A stretch of DNA of 64,000 bases from NCBI GenBank assembly GCA_938028625.1, contig CALIZB010000003.1, positions 12,103-76,102 of the forward strand. Direction: 5' to 3'. The position numbers and the translations under genes were made by a program. This stretch comes from an uncultured Bacteroidia bacterium. GTDB lineage: Bacteria; Bacteroidota; Bacteroidia; JANWVE01. Below, in pieces: positions 10,154 through 20,301 of this stretch (the first letter of the stretch is position 1; each line of letters starts with the position of its first letter). The notes under the pieces are model-generated. The model saw only the letters and a program-made list of their open reading frames with translations. It searched no databases and was not told the origin of the DNA.

Positions 10154-12268
10154 TTACTGTATTAGCACAGGCAAGGTTTTAACTTCATTACCCATTCTTA
10201 CTTTGACAAAGTAAGTACCTTTTTCCTGTACCGCAGGTATAGTAATACTTTGATTACCATGAATAAGATTTATGTTTTGTTGATATACTAATTGTCCAAT
10301 AGTAGAATAAATCTTTACTTCACCGTCTTGTGATTGGGTAGAGAATAAACCGATATTCCAGTTGTCATAGTGCAATACAGGATTAGGATACACCCATGCG
10401 TCATTTTGCTCACCTGAAATAATCACTTCTTTGGCATCACTGAATACAAAAGAACCATCTTTATTGACTACTCTCAAACGATATAAAATGGGACTGTCAT
10501 ACAAATTAGGCTTTTTATCTACAAATTGATACTGTTCTGTACCATTAACAGACACTTCGCCAATGGTTTCAAAAGTATTTCCCCTATCTAAACTTTTTTC
10601 TATAACATAATGTGTAACTTCGGATAAATCTTTGGTTTTCCAGTGTAATACTGCACCGCCTTTTTGGGAATATGCATTAAAATTAAGTTGCTCAACAGGC
10701 AAGGCACATACCACTACTACATTTTGTGTAATGGTATTGGGACAGTTTGTAACAGGGTCTGTAACGGTTAAGGTTACGGTGTAAGTACCTGCACTAGTAT
10801 AAGTATGAGTTTGGGAATTGCTTGCACCAATGCCAAAACCTGGCGCACTGATGTCTCCCCAAGACCACAGGTAAGAAGTCAAAGCATTTCCTTGACAAGA
10901 ACCTCCGATAAGTGTACAAGCAAAACCGCAGGCAACCACTCCAAGCCCGTTACAACTCGTTAATAAAGTAGAAGTACTTGTAAAGTTAATAGGTGTGCCA
11001 CAGGCTACGGGAGAAGCAGGAGAATAGGTGAAGTTTGCGGTGGGTGCATCTTTTACAGTAATCGTAACGGATGCTGTTTGTACGCATGTTCCACTAGTAA
11101 CAGTTACATTATAGGTATGCGTACCTGTAGTAGAAAGCGTTTGAGTTAACGTCTGACCTGTTCCTATTACCGTAGGAGAGGGGCTTTTTGTCCAGGAGTA
11201 AGAAGTTGCACCGCCAGGATATGCTGTTAAGGTAAAAGCTGAATTTTTACATACATTAGAGGGGGCATTTATACTGGCAGGAGGAGGAGTAGCGGTAAAA
11301 TTGAGGGTAGTATTTACAGGGGTAAAGTTACCGCATAAATCTTGAAGAGTATTGCCGTCTGTACCTGTTTTAATAGTAAGCGTATAAGGACTTCCTATGG
11401 TTAAAGCAGGGGTAAAGTTAATAGTAATTTGAGAAGTCTGTGTACCGCATAAAACACCTGAGGCACTGGTTACAGTAAAAGGACCGCCAGGACCTGAAAT
11501 AAGAAAATCTGAACCATTACTGGCTATGGTAGAACATAATACAGCTTCACTCATTTGTAAAGTTAGAGTACCTACCCCACAGGGAGTAACCGTAGAAACA
11601 GGCATAGGAGGAACATTATCAAATATTACAGCAGTAGAAGGGCTAAAATCTAAGGTATAACCGTTCTGGGACTGACTGTAATTGTCTATAACGAGAACAT
11701 AAGTCTGTCCTGCGGTTACGGGTAAAATCGTACTAAATCTTGGTCCTGATGCGGGTTCAGAAGGATTAGTACCTGCGGAACTCAATCCTGTTACGCCGGG
11801 GTCTGCGGAGAAATTACAGCGTACTTCGGGTGCGGCACCTGTTACAATATCTGAACAGTTTTTACCTGTCATGTTATAGAGTGCAAAATCATAATCTTCA
11901 CTCATATTCACGGGGGTAATGTTAAAAGCAAGATTTCCTGAGGTTTGTATGGTAAGAATGTACCATACACTGTTTCTTTCTCTTACTCCCAGACAAGAAC
12001 TGGTAGGCACTTCTTGCTGACTGCCATATCCTGTATAAGAATTAGGCTGATTGTAAATATTTTGACATACAGGAATAGCATTAGGGCAATCTTGCTCAGG
12101 TCCCGTGATAGCTGTTTTAGCAATCTGTGCGGTATTAGGCATGTATTTAGCCGCTTCTTTTTCTGCAATTCTTTTTTGCAGTTCTTCTTTACTGATGCTC
12201 TGTGCAAAGATAGGTTCAGATACTGTAAGCAAGAGCAATAGGCTGGATAGTATAATGACTTTTTTCAT
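10154..12268 (-). CDS. Secreted cell-surface protein with a T9SS type-A C-terminal sorting domain.
   Basis: It has a signal peptide, T/S/G-rich beta-rich repeats, and a C-terminus ...VYPNPVLHYD...GTYFVKVRMGNEVKTLPVLIQ typical of a Por secretion CTD. Confidence 0.7.
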   Translation of the reverse strand: MKKVIILSSLLLLLTVSEPIFAQSISKEELQKRIAEKEAAKYMPNTAQIAKTAITGPEQDCPNAIPVCQNIYNQPNSYTGYGSQQEVPTSSCLGVRERNSVWYILTIQTSGNLAFNITPVNMSEDYDFALYNMTGKNCSDIVTGAAPEVRCNFSADPGVTGLSSAGTNPSEPASGPRFSTILPVTAGQTYVLVIDNYSQSQNGYTLDFSPSTAVIFDNVPPMPVSTVTPCGVGTLTLQMSEAVLCSTIASNGSDFLISGPGGPFTVTSASGVLCGTQTSQITINFTPALTIGSPYTLTIKTGTDGNTLQDLCGNFTPVNTTLNFTATPPPASINAPSNVCKNSAFTLTAYPGGATSYSWTKSPSPTVIGTGQTLTQTLSTTGTHTYNVTVTSGTCVQTASVTITVKDAPTANFTYSPASPVACGTPINFTSTSTLLTSCNGLGVVACGFACTLIGGSCQGNALTSYLWSWGDISAPGFGIGASNSQTHTYTSAGTYTVTLTVTDPVTNCPNTITQNVVVVCALPVEQLNFNAYSQKGGAVLHWKTKDLSEVTHYVIEKSLDRGNTFETIGEVSVNGTEQYQFVDKKPNLYDSPILYRLRVVNKDGSFVFSDAKEVIISGEQNDAWVYPNPVLHYDNWNIGLFSTQSQDGEVKIYSTIGQLVYQQNINLIHGNQSITIPAVQEKGTYFVKVRMGNEVKTLPVLIQ

Positions 12269-12448
12269 AGGTTAAACTTTTTTCAGGTAATGGTTTTATA
12301 TTTCAAAATACAGGTACAAAAGTATTCTGTTATTAAACTGTGTAAAAGGGTGCTACCCCCTCAAAATAAATTTATGGTAAACTTATAGTTACGAATTACG
12401 TTTAATGAAGGTTAAACAGTACTTGGGAGATAGAAAAATGAAATCAGC

Positions 12449-12487
12449 ATAAAAAAACCTGTAAGACTTTTTTAGAGCTTACAGGTT
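12449..12487 (-). terminator. Rho-independent terminator downstream of gyrB.
   Basis: The stem is aacctgtaag / cttacaggtt (10 bp) with a 12-nt loop. On the minus strand it is followed by a T-run. Confidence 0.6.
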
Positions 12488-12507
12488 TCAGAGTTTTCAT
12501 ACAAAGT

Positions 12508-14466
<1,959 letters not shown>

Positions 14467-14697
14467 TCACAAAACAGCCAAATTAAAGTATAACTTTTTA
14501 GCTTTGATAATCAGAAAGATAGAAAAATGATTTTTGAATAATTTTAGCCAATTGCAGATAAAATTTTGACTGATGCCTACAAGTATAGCTGGATTGTCTT
14601 TTTTTAATGTATCACTGCTTTACTAATTTCTGCACATTGCACCCCTTCAATTTTACAAAATAAAGTTAGCATAAGAACTGTCAGAATTTATCACTCT

Positions 14698-15300
14698 CTA
14701 TTGTTGATTTGATAAAAAACGCTGCATATACTTGCCCAATATATCAAATTCTATATTGACTTTGTCCCCTACCTGCAAGGTATGGATATTCGTATGTTCA
14801 TAGGTATAAGGAATAATACACACGGAAAACGTATTTTTTTCTGCACTCACTACGGTTAAAGATATGCCATTAACCGCAATAGAACCTTTTTTTACTACAA
14901 GAGGAATGTATTTTTCATCATATTCAAAAAGATAGGTCCAACTGCCTTGATGAGATTGTATGTCTAATACGGTTGCCATAGTATCTATGTGTCCTTGTAC
15001 AAAATGCCCATCAATACGTTGATTAGCAAGCATACTGCGCTCTATATTTACTTTATGTCCTACGTTCCAATATTGTAAAGTAGTACGAGAGAGTGTTTCT
15101 TCAATAGCTGTTACTTGATAGGTGTTATTTAGAGCATCAATGTTTATTACGGTAAGACAAACACCGTCATGCGCTACGGATTGGTCAATTTTGAGTTCTT
15201 TACTTATATCAGAATACAAGGTAAAAGTCTTGTTTGTACCTTCCGAGAGAATGCCTTTTACTACGGCATAACTTTCAATAATTCCTGTAAACATACACAA
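14698..15300 (-). CDS. ribE: Riboflavin synthase alpha subunit.
   Basis: MFTGIIE...GVCLTV...GHFVQGHID are the duplicated lumazine-binding repeats. The true start is probably the second Met at 15294. Confidence 0.9.
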   Translation of the reverse strand: MCMFTGIIESYAVVKGILSEGTNKTFTLYSDISKELKIDQSVAHDGVCLTVINIDALNNTYQVTAIEETLSRTTLQYWNVGHKVNIERSMLANQRIDGHFVQGHIDTMATVLDIQSHQGSWTYLFEYDEKYIPLVVKKGSIAVNGISLTVVSAEKNTFSVCIIPYTYEHTNIHTLQVGDKVNIEFDILGKYMQRFLSNQQ

Positions 15301-15350
15301 AAGTAGATAATTTGTAACGAAAGTAACACACTTGACGAGGTTTATATGCG

Positions 15351-15358
15351 TATATTTG
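15351..15358 (+). promoter_or_regulatory. TAnnTTTG -7 box (tatatttg) for the tauE-like / MBL-rhodanese operon.
   Basis: The motif lies 18 nt upstream of ATG 15376, in the divergent ribE / tauE intergenic region. Confidence 0.3.
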
Positions 15359-15375
15359 CATTGTAATAATCACTT

Positions 15376-16191
15376 ATGGAGATTTTAGGATACATAATCG
15401 CATTATTTATAGGAGTTTCGCTTGGCTTGACGGGGAGTGGTGGTAGTATTTTAATGTTACCTGTATTAGTCTATCTTTTTGGCGTAGAAATACTTCAAGC
15501 TACTACTTATTCTTTGTTTGTGGTAGGTATTACCAGCATTACAGGGTTAGCAAAGTATATCAAAGAAAAATCTATTCATAGTGCATCAATTATTGCATTT
15601 GGCATACCTTCTTTATTGTTAATAACCATTACACGCAGATACATCACGCCTGAAATACCTGAAAATATATATCTCTCAGACAGCATAATTATCAGCAGAC
15701 ATATTCTGCTGATGACTTTATTTTCATTACTGATGATAATAGCTTCATTAAAGTTTATTCGTAAAAAAGAAAACGATAAGATTGAGGAAAATACTTGCAC
15801 ACGCGCACAAAATTATTTTTTGAAGTTAAGTATAGCAGGAATAGTAGTTGGATTTTTAACAGGGCTTCTAGGTATAGGTGGAGGGTTTTTAATTATTCCT
15901 GCATTAGTTACCTTTGTGCATTTAGATATGAAAAAAGCCATAGGAACTTCTTTATTCTTAATTACTATCAATTCTATAATAGGCTTTTTAAGCGAAAAAC
16001 ATTTTCAGAATATGGACTGGAGGTTATTAGTCAGCATAACGCTTATTTCTATAATAGGAATGATAATAGGAAGTAGTTTGGTCAAAAAAGTAAATACCAA
16101 GCAGTTAAAACTAATTTTTGGTTGGTTTATTTTGAGCATGGGAGTATTTATCATATTCAAAGAAATTATTGTATATTCGTACCATAAATAA
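15376..16191 (+). CDS. TauE/SafE (DUF81) family sulfite/anion exporter membrane protein.
   Basis: The 271-aa polytopic membrane protein has two internal repeats with Gly-rich TM helices (GSGGSILMLP, GIGGGFLIIPAL). Confidence 0.7.
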   Translation: MEILGYIIALFIGVSLGLTGSGGSILMLPVLVYLFGVEILQATTYSLFVVGITSITGLAKYIKEKSIHSASIIAFGIPSLLLITITRRYITPEIPENIYLSDSIIISRHILLMTLFSLLMIIASLKFIRKKENDKIEENTCTRAQNYFLKLSIAGIVVGFLTGLLGIGGGFLIIPALVTFVHLDMKKAIGTSLFLITINSIIGFLSEKHFQNMDWRLLVSITLISIIGMIIGSSLVKKVNTKQLKLIFGWFILSMGVFIIFKEIIVYSYHK

Positions 16192-16200
16192 ACATAGATT

Positions 16201-17613
16201 ATGAACATAGAACAAATATATACGGGCTGTTTAGCTCAAGGCGCTTACTACATCACCTCTGATGGGGAAGCCGCTATCATTGACCCTTTACGGGAAATCA
16301 AGCCTTATTTGGATAGAATTGCCAAAGATGGAGTAAAGTTAAAATACATCTTTGAAACCCACTTTCATGCAGATTTCGTATCAGGACACTTGGATTTGAA
16401 TAAAGCCACAGGTGCGCCCATCGTATACGGACCTACGGCTAAACCCGAATTTGATGCCATTATCGCGACCGATGGACAAGAGTTTAGGATAGGTAAAATT
16501 ACCATAGTAGTTTTACACACGCCAGGGCATACCTTAGAAAGTTCTACTTATCTGCTTAAAGATGAAAATGGCAAACCACATTGTATTTTCTCAGGAGATA
16601 CCTTATTTCTTGGTGATGTCGGTAGGCCTGACCTTGCGCAAAAAGCCGCACACATGACACAAGAAGAACTTGCAGGCTTGCTGTATGATAGCTTGATGAA
16701 CAAAATTATGCCTTTACCTGATGAGATTATTGTTTATCCTGCACACGGCGCAGGTAGCGCGTGCGGCAAAAACATGATGAAAGAAACCGTGGATACTCTA
16801 GGCAATCAAAAAAAGGTAAATTATGCGCTCAAACAACCCAATAAAGAAGCTTTTATTAAAGCTGTTTTAGATGGTTTGCTTCCACCGCCCAAGTACTTTG
16901 GTATGAACGTAGCTATGAATAAACAAGGTTATCAAAATTTTGATACGGTTCTCAAAAAAGGACTTAACCCTATTGACCCAAAAAATTTTGAAAGCATAGT
17001 AGAAGCCACGAATGCACTTATCTTGGATACCCGCCCTGCATCAGAATTTTATCAAGGTTTTATACCTAATAGCATCAATATCGGCTTGAAAGGAGATTTT
17101 GCCCCCTGGGTAGGTGCTATGATTATAGATGTCCAACAACCTATTGCATTAGTTTGTGTACCAGGTACAGAAGAAGAAGCTATTACAAGATTAAGTCGTG
17201 TAGGTTTTGATAATGTAATAGGTTACCTTGATGGTGGTTTTGAAGCATGGAAAAACGCAGGATTAGAAATAGATACCGTTAATAGAATTACCGCCACACA
17301 GTTTGAACAGCAAGTAAATATAAACAAAGACCTTATTATTGATGTGCGCAAACCGTCTGAATACGAAGCAGAACACGTAGAAAATGCAGAAAATAAATCT
17401 CTGGATTTTATAAACGAATGGATAAAAGACCTTAACCCCGATACACATTTTTATATTCACTGTGCAGGCGGATACCGCAGTATGATAGCCGCAAGCATCT
17501 TGCAATCTCGGGGATACAGAAATTTTACTGAAATAGAAGGTGGTTTTAATGCTATAAAAAACACAAAAATTCCTGTAACTAACTTTGTCTGTCAAAGTAA
17601 AAACAAAGTATAA
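16201..17613 (+). CDS. MBL-fold persulfide dioxygenase-like hydrolase fused to rhodanese (sulfurtransferase) domains.
   Basis: The metallo-beta-lactamase motif is HFHADFVSGH, and the C-terminal rhodanese has active-site CAGGYRS. It sits 10 bp after the tauE-like gene, forming a sulfur-handling operon. Confidence 0.8.
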   Translation: MNIEQIYTGCLAQGAYYITSDGEAAIIDPLREIKPYLDRIAKDGVKLKYIFETHFHADFVSGHLDLNKATGAPIVYGPTAKPEFDAIIATDGQEFRIGKITIVVLHTPGHTLESSTYLLKDENGKPHCIFSGDTLFLGDVGRPDLAQKAAHMTQEELAGLLYDSLMNKIMPLPDEIIVYPAHGAGSACGKNMMKETVDTLGNQKKVNYALKQPNKEAFIKAVLDGLLPPPKYFGMNVAMNKQGYQNFDTVLKKGLNPIDPKNFESIVEATNALILDTRPASEFYQGFIPNSINIGLKGDFAPWVGAMIIDVQQPIALVCVPGTEEEAITRLSRVGFDNVIGYLDGGFEAWKNAGLEIDTVNRITATQFEQQVNINKDLIIDVRKPSEYEAEHVENAENKSLDFINEWIKDLNPDTHFYIHCAGGYRSMIAASILQSRGYRNFTEIEGGFNAIKNTKIPVTNFVCQSKNKV

Positions 17614-17618
17614 TGCTC

Positions 17619-17684
17619 AAACCTATAAGGTTTTGTAAAATTAAACAAGTAATTTTGAACTATAAGACCTTATAGGTTTTTAAT
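17619..17684. terminator. Long inverted repeat / bidirectional terminator-like hairpin at the left edge of the ATPase-DUF4276-IS1 insertion.
   Basis: aacctataaggtt at about 17622 and its inverted partner accttataggtt at about 17669 are followed by ttttt. They give a roughly 12-13 bp stem with a roughly 34-nt AT-rich loop. Confidence 0.45.
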
Positions 17685-17718
17685 TTTATGCTAAATTTGC
17701 TTTAAAGACCTTTTATGT

Positions 17719-18831
17719 ATGCCCATAGATAGAATATCCGTATACAATTTTAAGTCTATTCAAGAGCTTGAAAATTTTAGCATTAAACCTATAAATATAC
17801 TCATAGGGGCTAATGGTGCAGGAAAAACAAATTTTATTGAGTTTTTCAAGCTATTACACCACATATATCAAAAACGATTACAATTTTACACTGCTCAGAA
17901 TGGTTATGCAGATAGAATATTATTCATGGGTAGAAAAAAATCTTCATTTTTAGGTGGAGAGATTATTTTTAGACCTGATGCAAAAAGCAATACATCTAAC
18001 ACTTATAAATTCAAAATTGTACCACAGACACATGCAGATAACTTTTATTTCGAGGAAGATTTGGCAGGATATAACATATATGCTATGGGATATAATGAGT
18101 CTTGGGACTATAAAAACGCAGGTGGAGAAGGTAAGTTAGAAAGTGAAATAATACATAACTATGAACTTACACGCATGGATTTTTTGCGAAACTACTTCAA
18201 TACATTCAGAATTTTTCATTTTCATGATACTACCCCTAATTCCCCCCTAAAACAACCTTGTAACATAGAAGATAACGAATATCTCAAAGAAAATGGAAGT
18301 AATCTTTCGGCTTTTTTATATTCTATCAGGCATACTTCTGAGTTTAATATGATACAGTACACCATTCAAAGTATAGCACCATTTTTTGAACGCTTTGAAC
18401 TATACCCCAGTGCCAAAAATGAAAATATGATTTCACTCAATTGGGTACACAAAAATGCTGAAAATTATTTCAATGTACATAGTCTCTCTGATGGCACATT
18501 AAGGTTTATTGCCTTGACTACGTTGCTTTTACAGCCTAATCCACCTAAAACTATCATTATTGATGAACCTGAATTAGGTTTACATCCTACTGCTATTTAC
18601 AAATTAGGAGAAATGATAAAAATGGCATCTACAAAATCTCAGGTTATCGTTTCTACACAATCACCGTATTTGGTAGATATATTTGAACCCGAAGATATTA
18701 TTGTAGTAGAGAGAGAAAATAACCAAAGTATATTTAATCGTTTATCTCGTTTGGAATTGGCAGAATGGTTAGAAAAATACACTATTAGTGAACTTTGGGA
18801 TAAAAACATTATAGGAGGACTTCCCCGATGA
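17719..18831 (+). CDS. AAA_21-type ABC ATPase (an OLD/PARIS AriA-like ATPase component).
   Basis: Walker A is GANGAGKTN, the signature-like motif is LSDGTLRFIAL, and Walker B with D-loop is IIIDEPELGLHP. A Q-for-H H-loop is VIVSTQSP. The stop overlaps the downstream ATG (ATGA), indicating translational coupling. Confidence 0.8.
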   Translation: MPIDRISVYNFKSIQELENFSIKPINILIGANGAGKTNFIEFFKLLHHIYQKRLQFYTAQNGYADRILFMGRKKSSFLGGEIIFRPDAKSNTSNTYKFKIVPQTHADNFYFEEDLAGYNIYAMGYNESWDYKNAGGEGKLESEIIHNYELTRMDFLRNYFNTFRIFHFHDTTPNSPLKQPCNIEDNEYLKENGSNLSAFLYSIRHTSEFNMIQYTIQSIAPFFERFELYPSAKNENMISLNWVHKNAENYFNVHSLSDGTLRFIALTTLLLQPNPPKTIIIDEPELGLHPTAIYKLGEMIKMASTKSQVIVSTQSPYLVDIFEPEDIIVVERENNQSIFNRLSRLELAEWLEKYTISELWDKNIIGGLPR

Positions 18832-19432
18832 ACCCTATTTATGTACTTTGTGAAGGAAAAACAGAGCAAAATTTTGTCAATCAAATTTTGGGAGAGTATT
18901 TGTATAATAAATACCAAATAGAACGTATCTATGGTATTATGGCAAATACAAGCAAAAACGCAAAGGGCGGTAGTTTATCTTATTCTAGGTATAAAAATGA
19001 AGTTCAGGATTTGTTAAAAAGAGAGGAAAATGCCATAATAACTTCTCTGATAGATTATTACAAATTACAGACGGATTTTCCTGATTATACTGCCATACAA
19101 AGCACAAATATTCAGGATAAAGCAGAGAAAGTTTCGCAATTAGAGCAGTCCATAGCAAGAGATATTAAGCATAAACGCTTTTTACCTTATATTCAGTTAC
19201 ATGAATTTGAGGCTTTATTATTCTCTTCTATAAATGGTTTTGATAACCTTGTTGGCTTAGATTTAAAGAAGAAAAAACAGATAGAGAAAATAATAACTTC
19301 ATATCATAATCCTGAATATATCAATGACGGTCAGGATACACACCCGTCAGCAAGGTTAAGCTAACTTATTCAAGGATATAGAAAACTGCTATTTGCAGAG
19401 CAAATTATTAAGCAAAGTGGTATGGATAGTAT

Positions 19433-20181
19433 GGTATTGCTAATTTAGTATAGTTTTTTTTATTTTGCAACTTTATTACTCTAATTCATTTGACTATGAA
19501 GACATGCCCAAAATGTAAATCTATTAATTTCTGTAAAGATGGTATAGTAAAACAAAAACAGCGTTTTAAATGCAAAGATTGTAATTTTCGCTTCACCGTG
19601 CAAGAAGTAGGAAAACCTGCTATCCTTAAAAGAAACGCCTTAACTTTATATCTTGAAGGTTTAGGGTTTCGCTCTATTGGGAGACTTTTGGGTGTCAGTA
19701 ATGTAACAGTTATGAACTGGATAAAATCTTTTGGAGAAAAAATTGATGAATTAAGAAATAATTCAGATATTGAAATTGTGGAGATTGATGAATTGCATAC
19801 CTTTATCGGTTCAAAAAAAAGTATCAATGGATTTGGATTGCTGTTGATAGAAATGGGCATCAATTCATCACTTGTGAAATTGGCAGTAGAGGAACAGAGA
19901 CAGGGGAAAAACTTTGGAAAAGAATTGAAAGTAAAATAAAAGATAAAGTATGTACTGATTATTGGAACGCATATGAAAAATTTGTTCCAAAAGAAAAGCA
20001 CGTACAAAGTAAAAAAGAAACATTTACAGTAGAAGGATATAACAGTCTCTTTCGGCATTTTTTAGCGCGTTTAAGGAGAAAAACAAAATGTTATTCAAAA
20101 TCACTAACAATGCTTCTACATTCTGTAAAATTATTAATGTTCAAATGGAATAACGATTTATCTATACTTTTTTAGCAATAC
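19433..20181 (+). mobile_element. IS1-family insertion sequence (749 bp) with 21-bp imperfect terminal inverted repeats and an 8-bp target-site duplication (gatagtat).
   Basis: IRL is ggtattgctaatttagtatag (19433..19453). IRR is ctatacttttttagcaatacc (20161..20181). The direct repeat gatagtat flanks both ends (19425..19432 and 20182..20189). Inside is an InsA-like zinc-finger/HTH ORF and an InsB-like DDE ORF in the -1 frame. Confidence 0.85.
19490..20172 (+). CDS. insAB: IS1 transposase InsAB', produced by a programmed -1 frameshift at the A8 run 19813..19820. InsA alone is 19490..19939.
   Basis: InsA has the zinc-finger CPKCKS...CKDC and an HTH. The -1 frame reads KKKYQWIWIAVDRNGHQFITCEIGSRGTETGEKLW...HVQSKKETFTVEGYNSLFRHFLARLRRKTKCYSKSLTMLLHSVKLLMFKWNN. 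This aligns with E. coli IS1 InsB (QRWLFYAYD...[39 protein letters not shown]). Confidence 0.8.
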
Positions 20182-20301
20182 CGATAGTATTTTACAGCGT
20201 TGCTGTCGTTTTAGAGAGTGGGTAAAAAAGTTAGTAGAGTATTCTAATAAGAAATTTTGATTGCATTGTGCTAATTTTACCTTGTTTTATCTATCTTAAA
20301 A

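Larger units (their letters stand above)
18828..20259 (+). pseudogene. DUF4276-family (Toprim-like) partner gene, disrupted by an in-frame TAA at 19362..19364 and by the IS1 insertion at 19433..20181.
   Basis: The N-terminus MNPIYVLCEGKTEQNFVNQILGEYL is the DUF4276 EGxTE signature. After the TAA the same frame continues (LIQGYRKLLFAEQIIKQSGMDS) into the IS. It resumes after the 8-bp target duplication, giving ...ILQRCCRFREWVKKLVEYSNKKF* at 20259. Confidence 0.7.

Noticed and set aside
19486-20058. A 190-aa minus-strand ORF with a hydrophobic N-terminus overlapping the IS element.
   Set aside because: It is antisense to the IS1 InsA/InsB frames, which have clear homology. Its composition is typical of reverse-strand reading of AT-rich coding DNA.
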